The translations under genes and the position numbers were made by a program. 64,000 nucleotides of DNA from NCBI GenBank assembly GCA_963810935.1, contig CAWEPK010000008.1:576001-640000 (forward strand), written 5' to 3'. Source of the stretch: an uncultured delta proteobacterium. Lineage in GTDB: Bacteria > Desulfobacterota > Syntrophorhabdia > Syntrophorhabdales > WCHB1-27. The stretch's first letter is position 1; each line of letters opens with the position of its first letter. The notes below the pieces were generated by a model, which saw only the letters and a program-made list of their open reading frames with translations, did no database searches and was not told the origin of the DNA. This document shows, piece by piece, positions 28,917-39,149 of the stretch.

Positions 28917-31207
28917 AGCAACTCTACGATCGTAATACCGGAGTTCTTTTCGTCTTTCTTTATGTCTTTTATGTGGCCGGCCTCGGAAAGGTGCTCCCTG
29001 ATCGCCCGCATGAGCCTCCCGGTGCCGATGCCGTGGAGTATGCGGACATTTTGTGTGCCGTGGACTATTGCCCTGTCGACGAACCTGTCCACCTCTGAAA
29101 GGGCCTCATCCACGCGCAGGCCCATCACGTTGATCTCCGGGACCTCGATGTCGCTGACGTTGACCTCTATCGGCGTCTGCTTGTTCTCCGGCTGGCGGCC
29201 GATCAGATCGACATAATCCTTCTTGATCCGCATCCGCATATTGCCGATGACGATCTCCGCCATCCCCTTCTGGCCGTCGATCTGGGCAACATAGCCTTCT
29301 TTCCCGATAGTGCGAACCCTGACGTAGTCGCCTTCGTGTATCTCGCCCTGGTGGTGGACGGCCTTTTTCTCCGGTATGACCGTCGATCTCAAGGCCGCCG
29401 CCTTCTCCTTGGCGGCCCGGAGCGATTCCCGGTCTTTTTTGGCAATCTCTTTGGTTATCTCATCGATCTGCGCCTCCAGGGCGGCCACCTTCTCCCGGCA
29501 GCGCTCTTCGGCGCGGGCGATATACTCATCCCGCTTCGCCCGGATGGTCTCGAGGCGCTTGTGCATATCCTCCCTGTAGGCGGCAGCCTTGCGCTTCTCC
29601 TCCTGGGCGGCCTTCGTTTCCGTCTCCAGGCCGCGCACAAGGTCGTTCAGCACGTATTCCTGCTTGCCCAGGTAGTTCGCGCTCTTGTCGATGATCTCCT
29701 GCGGCATGCCGCTCATCTGCGCCACCTTCAGGGCGTTGCTGACCCCTGCCGCCCCGTAGACGAGTCTGTAAAGGGGTTTCATGGTCCGGGAATCGAAGTC
29801 CGTCGCAGCGTTCAACGCGAAGGGATGGGAGGCACCGTACGCCTTCAGGAGGTTAAGGTGGGTCGTCACCATCACCTTGCAGCCCTTTTCGACGAAGGCG
29901 TCGATAATCCCCATAGCAAGGGCCGAGGCCTCCTGCGGCTCCGTGCCGCCGCCGATCTCGTCGATCAGCACCAGCTCCCCGCCCAAAGCGCGCTCGTAAA
30001 CGCTTTTAATTGCCTCGACATGGGCCGTAAAGGTCGAAAGCTCCATCGATATGTCCTGCTCGTCGCCCATTACGGCGTAGATACCGGGGAACAGGCAGAC
30101 CCTCGGCGTCGCCTTTGCCGGGATGAACATGCCCGCCGCGGACATGACAAGGAGAAGGCCGGTCGTCTTAAGGGCCACCGTCTTGCCGTCCGCGTTGGGC
30201 CCGCTGATGATGATCGCCTGTTTATCTTCCCCGATAACGATATCTATCGGGATGGCCCTTTCGCCCTTGGAGAGCCTGATAAACGGGTTGACCGCCCCCT
30301 TTATCTCTATAGCGCCCCCTTCAGCCACCACCGGCCTTACGCCGTCGAAGGCGGAGGCGAACTGCGCGAGGCAGTGGTGCAGGTCGAGGTCTGCGATGAC
30401 GTCGAGCATCTCCGCCATTTCTTTCGCATAGCGGCGCACCGAGCGGGTCAGCTCTGCAAGTATCCGTTTTTCTTCTTCTTTCTCCTCTTTTTCGAGGACG
30501 CTGATGGTGTTGTTGACTTCCATCGTCTCTACGGGCTCGACGAAGGAGGTCTTCAGGGAATGGGAATAATCATGGACTATGCCGGAAAAGAACTGGTTGT
30601 AATTCGGTTTGAGGGGTATTACGTACCTGCCGTTCCTGACTGCTATGTAGTTATCCTGAACGACGGGCCTTACATCGTCCCTCTCCATGATGCGCTCCAG
30701 GGAGCGCCTTGCCCTTTCCTTATGCTGGTAAAGGTCGGATCGTATCCTGGAAAGCTCGTAAGAGGCGCTGTCTTCGATGAAGCCCTCCTCGTTGACGGTT
30801 TTCCTGATCCTGGCCGCTACCTCCGGCAGCGCCTTTATGCCCTCGATGACGGACTCGATGTAGGCGCCCTTCTTTATCGCCTTCCGGAGGAACGCCGAGA
30901 CGCCTTTGCAGCTTGCCAGGAAATGGCCGACGGCAAGGAAATCAGTTATCTCCAGGGTGAATTCCGCCAAATTTAGACCGGCCAGCGCTTTCCTGATGTC
31001 CGGGGTGTCCCCGAGAGGGACCGGGCCGTGCGGGCGGACCACGTCGAGTACGGCCTCTATGCGGTCCTGACGATCCCCAATCTCAGAGATTGTCGCTAAA
31101 GGTCTTAAATTATTAATCTTTTCGTCTATGAAACCGGTTGATGAATGGCGTTTTATGACTTCGAGGAGTCTGAGGTAGTCTAAGTATTCGAAGGTTTTGT
31201 CTGCCAT
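28913..31207 (-). CDS. mutS2: MutS2 family ATPase/endonuclease with Smr domain
   Basis: RNGRYVIP, SGPNADGKT, DEIGGGTEP, KOW-like segment, Smr ILHGIGTG. Confidence 0.93.
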   Translation of the reverse strand: MADKTFEYLDYLRLLEVIKRHSSTGFIDEKINNLRPLATISEIGDRQDRIEAVLDVVRPHGPVPLGDTPDIRKALAGLNLAEFTLEITDFLAVGHFLASCKGVSAFLRKAIKKGAYIESVIEGIKALPEVAARIRKTVNEEGFIEDSASYELSRIRSDLYQHKERARRSLERIMERDDVRPVVQDNYIAVRNGRYVIPLKPNYNQFFSGIVHDYSHSLKTSFVEPVETMEVNNTISVLEKEEKEEEKRILAELTRSVRRYAKEMAEMLDVIADLDLHHCLAQFASAFDGVRPVVAEGGAIEIKGAVNPFIRLSKGERAIPIDIVIGEDKQAIIISGPNADGKTVALKTTGLLLVMSAAGMFIPAKATPRVCLFPGIYAVMGDEQDISMELSTFTAHVEAIKSVYERALGGELVLIDEIGGGTEPQEASALAMGIIDAFVEKGCKVMVTTHLNLLKAYGASHPFALNAATDFDSRTMKPLYRLVYGAAGVSNALKVAQMSGMPQEIIDKSANYLGKQEYVLNDLVRGLETETKAAQEEKRKAAAYREDMHKRLETIRAKRDEYIARAEERCREKVAALEAQIDEITKEIAKKDRESLRAAKEKAAALRSTVIPEKKAVHHQGEIHEGDYVRVRTIGKEGYVAQIDGQKGMAEIVIGNMRMRIKKDYVDLIGRQPENKQTPIEVNVSDIEVPEINVMGLRVDEALSEVDRFVDRAIVHGTQNVRILHGIGTGRLMRAIREHLSEAGHIKDIKKDEKNSGITIVELL

Positions 31208-31216
31208 AAATGGGCT

Positions 31217-31675
31217 TCACGACGGTCTTTGCGAAGACAGCCTGCTTTTCACCATTTCACTCAGCACCTTCCCATCTACCCGGGACCCTAATTTTGCCGT
31301 CAGGACCTTCATTACCTTCCCCATGTCCTTCAGGTCTTTCGCCCCCAGCTCAGTTATGGCCTCCTGCACCTCACGGGCCACCTCCTCTTCGGACAACTGG
31401 GCGGGCAAAAACTCTTTCAAAATCTGGAGCTCTTTCTCCTCCTTTTCCGCAAGGTCCATCCGCTGTCCCTTCCTGAAGCTATCGATCGATTCCACGTGCT
31501 GTTTTATCATCGTTTTGACGACCCCGTGAAACTCATCTTCGGACAGCGGATTTCTTTTTTCGATTTCTTTATAGCTGAGCGACGACAGAAGCATACGCAG
31601 GACGGACACCCTTAAGGCATCCTTACCCTTGAGCGCTTTTTTCAGGCCTTGCTCAATATCGTCTTTGTATGCCAT
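31217..31675 (-). CDS. yqeY: GatB/YqeY domain protein
   Basis: FLPAQLSEEE, DMGKVM, DGKVLS; follows rpsU. Confidence 0.92.
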   Translation of the reverse strand: MAYKDDIEQGLKKALKGKDALRVSVLRMLLSSLSYKEIEKRNPLSEDEFHGVVKTMIKQHVESIDSFRKGQRMDLAEKEEKELQILKEFLPAQLSEEEVAREVQEAITELGAKDLKDMGKVMKVLTAKLGSRVDGKVLSEMVKSRLSSQRPS

Positions 31676-31679
31676 TCCC

Positions 31680-31889
31680 TTAGTAGAGGCCCTTTTCCAT
31701 CTTTCTTCTCATCTTCTTGAGGGCCCTTTTCTTGGCTGCGAGGATTTTCTTTTTTCTTTTGACGCTAGGCTTTTCGTAATGCTCTCTTCTTTTGATCTCG
31801 GACAGTATGCCTGTCCGCTCGCACTTTTTCTTAAACCGTTTCAGGGCGCTCTCAAATGACTCTCCGTCTCTTATAATAATTGCCGGCAT
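31680..31889 (-). CDS. rpsU: 30S ribosomal protein S21
   Basis: [12 protein letters not shown]...[14 protein letters not shown]. Confidence 0.97.
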   Translation of the reverse strand: MPAIIIRDGESFESALKRFKKKCERTGILSEIKRREHYEKPSVKRKKKILAAKKRALKKMRRKMEKGLY

Positions 31890-32030
31890 GCATCATTCCC
31901 CTCCCTCCATCTATGACAGTTTTAGAAAAGTCATATATTAAACTCCAAATTCGCCCCCCAAGTCAAGATAATCTTTTTCAAGCGATGGGTTTCGCGTTGC
32001 TTTTCGAGGAAGCGAGCCGCAGCTAAAAGA

Positions 32031-33767
32031 TCACGGCCCCAGGTCCAACACCTTGCGGATTGTTCGGGCTATTTCGTTCTTGGTCAGTGGCTTCATGACA
32101 AACGCGCTGATGCCCACCGCCCTCGCCTGGCTCGCATCTACCAAGTGGCTGAAGCCCGTACAGAGTATAATCGGTATATCGGCTGCCAGGTCGAGGACCT
32201 TCTTCGACAGCTCCATGCCCGTCATGTTCGGCATGGTCTGGTCGGTTATGATCAGGTCGAAACCGCGGATATTCGCTTTTATGAGGTCCAAAGCCTCCGC
32301 AGGACCTCCACAGGTCTTTACCCGGTAGCCCAACTCCTCGAGAAGGCCCTTTGCCATCTCCGTGAGCGCTTCCTCGTCGTCGACGAAAAGTATGCGCTCG
32401 GAGCCGCCCGGGCAGTCGTCGGCAACGTCTTCCTCCTGTTGCACCGCCCTGGCTGCCTTGGGTAAATAGACGGTGAAGAGGCTGCCCTTGCCCGGCTCGC
32501 TCTCGGCCGATATGTAGCCACCATGCTGCTTCACTATGCCGTGGACCACGGACAAGCCCAGGCCCGTCCCCTGCCCCGGCTTTTTCGTAGTGAAGAAGGG
32601 GTCGAATATGCGGGCCATAACCTCCGGGGTCATCCCTTCCCCCGTATCGCGAACCCACATTTTCATGTAAAGGCCGGGCTTGATGCCGTCCGGGTTCTCG
32701 TCGGCCTCCGAGACGCTGAAATCGGACAGGCCGACTTCCAGGGCGTTGCCCTGTTCGCGCATGGCGTCGGCGGCGTTGGTGCAGAGGTTCATCAATACCT
32801 GCTGGATCTGGTTAAGATCGCCTACTACCAGGGCCGATTCACTCTCAATGTTAACGTTGATGGCGATCGTGGCAGGTATGGACGCCCTTACCAGCCCCAT
32901 GGTGTCCCTGATGGCTCCGGAAAGGAGGAAGGGCTTCTTTTCGCAGGCGGCTTTCCGGGCGAAAGTCAGCATCTGCTTGACCAGCTCCCGCCCGCGCAGA
33001 CCCGCCTCTATGACGCGTCCGAGGATCCGCTCGTCACGGCTCCCCTTCTCCGCCCGTCCCCGGACGGATTCGGTAAAGCCGATGATAGCGGCCAGTATGT
33101 TATTGAAATCATGCGCTATCCCCCCCGCAGCCGTACCGAGGGCCTCCATCTTCTGCGACTGAAGGAGCTGCTCGCGTAAGTACTCCTTCTCCTCTTCGAG
33201 GTTGAACCTGTGGATGGCCTCGCCTATCAGGGGCTGGACCGATTCTATGAAATCGATCGTAGCTTTCGGCACCTTTCCCTTATTCCGGTCGGCGAGATGG
33301 ATGGCGCCTAATATCGTGTCGCGATACGATACGGGGATAACGGCAACGCTCGCGTAGCCCTCGGCAGTACATCTGCCCCTGAACATCTCCGCCGCCTCCG
33401 TGGACAGACCGGCGGCCATCTCCTCCATATCGCGGCAATGGAAGCTTCCGCCCCCCGTAACATGCGGTTTGTCATGTGTTCCGGTCTTGCCTGCGATCAC
33501 CCGTATACAGACACAGGTGTCGCTGTGCACGGAAAGGAGGCTTTCAGAGTCTAAAAAAGCCTGTGTGAAGCCGGCGTAAGATTCATAAGGGATATTGCCT
33601 TCCTTGTCCAGAACCCTTATTCCGGCCGCCTCGCAACCCGTCCATTCCCGGAGCAGGCCGACGACCGCGTCGAGGTATTCCTTTTTTGTCGATTCAAGGG
33701 CAAAGAGCTTCAGCAGCTTGTTAGTCTCACGCAGGTCCTGCATTTCACCCTCACTTACGTCCCGCAT
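32031..33767 (-). CDS. cytoplasmic hybrid sensor kinase (GAF-HisKA-HATPase-REC)
   Basis: GIAHDFNN H-box, NLCTNA, DTGEGM, FFTTK, GTGLGL, receiver LFVDDE...ITDQTMP. Confidence 0.93.
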   Translation of the reverse strand: MRDVSEGEMQDLRETNKLLKLFALESTKKEYLDAVVGLLREWTGCEAAGIRVLDKEGNIPYESYAGFTQAFLDSESLLSVHSDTCVCIRVIAGKTGTHDKPHVTGGGSFHCRDMEEMAAGLSTEAAEMFRGRCTAEGYASVAVIPVSYRDTILGAIHLADRNKGKVPKATIDFIESVQPLIGEAIHRFNLEEEKEYLREQLLQSQKMEALGTAAGGIAHDFNNILAAIIGFTESVRGRAEKGSRDERILGRVIEAGLRGRELVKQMLTFARKAACEKKPFLLSGAIRDTMGLVRASIPATIAINVNIESESALVVGDLNQIQQVLMNLCTNAADAMREQGNALEVGLSDFSVSEADENPDGIKPGLYMKMWVRDTGEGMTPEVMARIFDPFFTTKKPGQGTGLGLSVVHGIVKQHGGYISAESEPGKGSLFTVYLPKAARAVQQEEDVADDCPGGSERILFVDDEEALTEMAKGLLEELGYRVKTCGGPAEALDLIKANIRGFDLIITDQTMPNMTGMELSKKVLDLAADIPIILCTGFSHLVDASQARAVGISAFVMKPLTKNEIARTIRKVLDLGP

Positions 33768-33874
33768 CTGCCCCGACCCATAACCATTCTACCGGCTTCA
33801 ATACCCGTAGTTTAATGGTTCGAGGCCGTTTTGTCAGGCAGGAGAAGTGCCGATGCGAAAATGCGGAAGGCCCT

Positions 33875-35218
<1,344 letters not shown>

Positions 35219-35245
35219 TTATAATAATGCTTTTTCAGCCCCCCG

Positions 35246-36526
35246 TCAAACAAATTGGCGCGGGGCTGGCGGCCGTTTCCGGGCGCTGTGAGTCAGATCG
35301 ATACTCCGTAGGATTAAGTTGTGCCGCCGGCAGATTTCTCTTAGGCTGCGCCCGCCCGCCGCGTGGACCGCCGCCGCGATGGCGATCAGGCCAAGGCCGA
35401 CGGCGCAGACGCCAACCCAGGCGAACATGGCCCAGCCGAAGGAGCCGAGCATCGAGCCCATCGCTCCCCCTGCAAAAACGCTGACCATGTAGACGGCGTT
35501 TATCCGGTTCCTGGATTCAGCGTCGAGGGCATAGATGCGCGCCTGGTTCGAGATGTGCGCCGCCTGCATGCCTATATCGAGACCGATGACGCCGGCAACG
35601 AGTCCCGCCATGCTGTGTCCCAGGACCAGGAAACAAATGTACGAAAGGGCCGATAAGACTATGGCGACGCTAAGCGTGAGCCTAGGGCTCACCCTGTCGG
35701 TGATCCGGCCGACCGCAGACGCGGCAAGCGCCCCGGCCACGCCGACAAGCCCGAAAAGACCGGCCACCTGCGCCCCCATGTTGAACGGCGGCGCTTTCAG
35801 GAGAAAGGAAAGCGTTGTCCAGAAGGCGCTGAACGCCCCGAACATCGCACCCGATACGATGGACGCCTCCCTCAGCACGGGCCGGGTCCGGATGAGCGTC
35901 CGCAGCGAGCGGATAAGAGCGAAGTACTCCAGGGTTGTGCCGGGGCGCGAGCGTGGCAGAAATAGTATGAACGCGACTGCGAGAAACGCGAGCATCAACG
36001 AGGCGAGCCTGTAGACCGACTGCCATCCGAGGGCCGACCCGACAACGCCGCTCAGCGTCCTAGACAGCAGTATGCCTATGATGAGCCCGCTCATCACGTT
36101 GCCTATGGCCCTCCCCCGTTCCTGCGGCGGGGCCAGTTGGGCAGCGAAGGGGACCAGGAGCTGCGGCACTACGGAGGTGACGCCAAGGAAGAGCGAAGAG
36201 GCCAGGAACAGGCCGATCCCTTCGGAAAATGATGTAAGCAGGAGTGCGCCTATCGAAAGAAGCAGCATGGTGATTATGAGCGAGCGCCTTTCCCGCACAT
36301 CGCCTAAGGGGACCAGAAAAAGCAGGCCGAGGCCGTAACCCGCCTGTATGAGCATGGCCGAGAAGGCGATGGTCGGGTGCGAGACATGGAAAAATCTGGA
36401 GAGCTCTTCGAGCAGCGGCTGGCTGTAATAAAGGTTGGCGACCGTCGCGCCGCTCGCGACCGCCATCAGAAAGACGAGAGCCTTGCCGAGAACGGGTTTG
36501 TCTTCTATATTTGCCGGCCGTGACAC
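35246..36526 (-). CDS. MFS transporter
   Basis: VANLYYSQPLL, LVPLGD, about 12 TMs; GTG start at 36526 immediately after the PMM/PGM stop. Confidence 0.9.
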   Translation of the reverse strand: MSRPANIEDKPVLGKALVFLMAVASGATVANLYYSQPLLEELSRFFHVSHPTIAFSAMLIQAGYGLGLLFLVPLGDVRERRSLIITMLLLSIGALLLTSFSEGIGLFLASSLFLGVTSVVPQLLVPFAAQLAPPQERGRAIGNVMSGLIIGILLSRTLSGVVGSALGWQSVYRLASLMLAFLAVAFILFLPRSRPGTTLEYFALIRSLRTLIRTRPVLREASIVSGAMFGAFSAFWTTLSFLLKAPPFNMGAQVAGLFGLVGVAGALAASAVGRITDRVSPRLTLSVAIVLSALSYICFLVLGHSMAGLVAGVIGLDIGMQAAHISNQARIYALDAESRNRINAVYMVSVFAGGAMGSMLGSFGWAMFAWVGVCAVGLGLIAIAAAVHAAGGRSLREICRRHNLILRSIDLTHSARKRPPAPRQFV

Positions 36527-36527
36527 G

Positions 36528-37874
36528 CTAGAGGAAACGGGCCAGGTCGGTCCGCACCGTGCCCTCGATGCGTTCGAGGGCCTCGGGGCTTTCCGCCTCG
36601 AACCGGAGCACAAGTATCGGCTGCGTATTCGAAGCCCGGACGAGGCCCCATCCGCCGGGCAGCGTTACCCTTACGCCGTCGGTATCCACGATATCGTACC
36701 TCTCCCGGTAGTAGTCGGTGATCTCGCGGACCACGATGAATTTCTTCTGCTCGGGACAATCTATCCTAATCTCCGGTGTAGACCAGGTGGCGGGAAGGTC
36801 CGCGAGGAACTGAGAGAGCGGCCTTCCGTCCCTGGCAAGTATCTCGAACAACCTGAGGGACGCATAAATCGCGTCGTCGAACCCGAAAAACCTGTCGGTA
36901 AAGAACATGTGGCCGCTCATCTCGCCGCCGAAGAGGGCGCCCGTCTCCTTCATCTTCTGTTTGATAAGAGAGTGGCCTGCCTTCCACATGATTGCGCGCC
37001 CGCCACGTTTTTCGATGTCGGCAAAAAGGTTCTTCGAGCACTTCACTTCCGAGACAAAGGTGGCGCCCTTGTTCCGCTCGATGATGTCCCTGGCAAATAT
37101 AAGCATCAGGTAATCGCCCCGTATGACGTTGCCCTCGTTGTCAACGGCGCCTATCCTGTCCGTGTCGCCGTCGTATCCGATGCCGAGGTCGGCCTTCGTC
37201 GCCAGCACCGTTTCTCTCAACTGCTCCAGGTTCGTCTCTACCGTCGGGTCCGGGAAGTGGTTGGGGAACCGGCCGTCCATCTCGCAGTTGAGTGCGATCG
37301 TCTCGACGCCCATCTCCGCCATAATGGGAAGGGCCACGACTCCGCCCGTGCCGTTGCCTGCGTCGACGACCACGCGCAAGGGCCGGTCTATGGAGATATT
37401 CCCCCTGATGAAACTGTAATAGTCTTCCCTGATTCGCGGATAAACGGACAGGCTTCCGCTGCCGGAGACGAAACGGCGCGCTTCTATGATGTCTGCGATC
37501 TCCTGCACCCGGCTGCCGAACAACGTCGTTTTACCGAACGCCAACTTGAAGCCGTTGTAATCCGGCGGGTTGTGGCTGCCCGTCACCATGATGCCGCCCT
37601 CGACGTCCAGGGTGAAAAGCGAAAAGTAAAAGAGCGGGGTGGGCACTACGCCGAGGTCCGTGACCGACAGGCCGCCCTCGACCATGCCCCTGGCAACAAG
37701 CCGTCCGAAGCCTTCGGAGCTAAGCCTGCAATCCCTTCCGAGGGACGCCTTTGTTTTCCCTCTCTCGCGCATGTAGGCGGCGAAAGCTCTTCCTATGTCT
37801 AGCACTGTTTCATCATCAAGGCCTGCCCCGACGATGCCCCTGATGTCGTATTCCCTGAATATCTCCCTGTTCAT
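36528..37874 (-). CDS. phosphomannomutase/phosphoglucomutase (AlgC-like)
   Basis: FREYDIRG, TGSHNP, DGDTDR, GEMSGH, RASNTQP. Confidence 0.95.
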   Translation of the reverse strand: MNREIFREYDIRGIVGAGLDDETVLDIGRAFAAYMRERGKTKASLGRDCRLSSEGFGRLVARGMVEGGLSVTDLGVVPTPLFYFSLFTLDVEGGIMVTGSHNPPDYNGFKLAFGKTTLFGSRVQEIADIIEARRFVSGSGSLSVYPRIREDYYSFIRGNISIDRPLRVVVDAGNGTGGVVALPIMAEMGVETIALNCEMDGRFPNHFPDPTVETNLEQLRETVLATKADLGIGYDGDTDRIGAVDNEGNVIRGDYLMLIFARDIIERNKGATFVSEVKCSKNLFADIEKRGGRAIMWKAGHSLIKQKMKETGALFGGEMSGHMFFTDRFFGFDDAIYASLRLFEILARDGRPLSQFLADLPATWSTPEIRIDCPEQKKFIVVREITDYYRERYDIVDTDGVRVTLPGGWGLVRASNTQPILVLRFEAESPEALERIEGTVRTDLARFL

Positions 37875-37983
37875 CGCTCTCCCTTTAGTGCCTGCCTTCG
37901 CCCGTAAGTTTCCTTTGACTTCCGGCGCAGGTCTTCCATATTATATGTGGAACGATGAAAATCTCAACGTAAAAAGAGGAGAT

Positions 37984-38634
37984 ATGGAAAAACAATACGT
38001 CATCGACGATATGACGCTTGCGGACTCATGGCGTCTGTTTCACATACTTGCGGAATTTGTTGAAGGCTTCGAAAAGCTTTCAGAAGTCAAGCACGCAGTC
38101 ACGGTGTTCGGCAGCGCCCGAACGAAAGAAGGAGACGACCTATACACAAGCGCCTACCAGTTGGCCCTGACGCTCGGCAAGGCAAATTTCAACCTCATCA
38201 CGGGGGGCGGACCGGGCGTAATGGAAGCGATCAACAAAGGCGCCTCGGAGGCGGGCGTAAAATCGGTAGGCATCAATATAGAGCTGCCTTACGAGCAAAA
38301 GCCGAATACGTATATAAATGTCCCTCTGAGCTTCAAGTATTTCTTCATCCGGAAGGTGATGTTCCTGAAGTATGCCATTGCTTACGTAGTGCTGCCCGGC
38401 GGCTTCGGCACGCTGGACGAGATGTTCGAGGCCATAACGCTCATCCAGACGAGGAAGATGAAGCCCTTCCCCGTCATTCTCATGGGCAAGGATTTCTGGG
38501 AAGACGTGATCGCCTTCTTCAGAAAGCATATGCTGAGCCGGAACATGATTTCCAAGGAAGACCTGAGCATATTCCAGTGTATGGACGATCCGGAGGAGAT
38601 AGCGGATTATATCAGACGCTTCGTCATCATATAA
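37984..38634 (+). CDS. LOG family (TIGR00730-like) nucleotide phosphoribohydrolase
   Basis: VFGSAR, TGGGPGVMEA, RKVMF, PGGFGTLDE; ATG 37984 after RBS GAGGAG. Confidence 0.92.
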   Translation: MEKQYVIDDMTLADSWRLFHILAEFVEGFEKLSEVKHAVTVFGSARTKEGDDLYTSAYQLALTLGKANFNLITGGGPGVMEAINKGASEAGVKSVGINIELPYEQKPNTYINVPLSFKYFFIRKVMFLKYAIAYVVLPGGFGTLDEMFEAITLIQTRKMKPFPVILMGKDFWEDVIAFFRKHMLSRNMISKEDLSIFQCMDDPEEIADYIRRFVII

Positions 38635-38658
38635 CGGGGAGGCGTTACTAATTGCTGT

Positions 38659-38790
38659 TCAGTGGCCGATGGCCCTGAAGTAGCGGCTGATGCGGCGCTG
38701 GCAGAGGAACCGGACTCGTTTTTTGATCCGGCCGTTGGGGCTTAACATGGCAAGGACCATTACCGAGAAGTACATACCAAGCTTGCTCAT
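38659..38790 (-). CDS. small hypothetical peptide (43 aa)
   Basis: RBS GGGGGA then MSKLGMYFSVMVLAMLSPNGRIKKRVRFLCQRRISRYFRAIGH; below the ORF-track cut-off. Confidence 0.4.
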   Translation of the reverse strand: MSKLGMYFSVMVLAMLSPNGRIKKRVRFLCQRRISRYFRAIGH

Positions 38791-38893
38791 TGATTCCCCC
38801 TGGCCTGCCCCGCCCGACCGAAGCCCAGGCGAGTCAGCTTCGTTAAATCATGTATAATGTAACGTATAACGTTATATGATTTAAGCGAACGTG

Positions 38894-39145
38894 TCAAGGG
38901 AAATGTTGTAATACTTCGATTTTTTTCGTCCCGTTTTTTTTCTCTTTTCCCATCTCCCACAGAAGCCTCTGGATAACAGGGTAGTCCGCCTCCTGTCCCG
39001 GCCGGCCGTCACAGGAAAACGGAAGGTCTTTTATCGCTGTTTCGGGGGTTCCTTCCGGCCGACATGCCCTTGAGCCTGCGCAGGCGCGGAGCGCCCGGAG
39101 GAAGGCCGCGCGCAACCTCCCCATAGTGCTTCTGTCGTCTTCCAT
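38894..39145 (-). CDS. hypothetical protein (83 aa)
   Basis: ATG 4 nt after the treY stop with RBS-like GGTGAGG. Confidence 0.45.
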   Translation of the reverse strand: MEDDRSTMGRLRAAFLRALRACAGSRACRPEGTPETAIKDLPFSCDGRPGQEADYPVIQRLLWEMGKEKKNGTKKIEVLQHFP

Positions 39146-39149
39146 ATCC

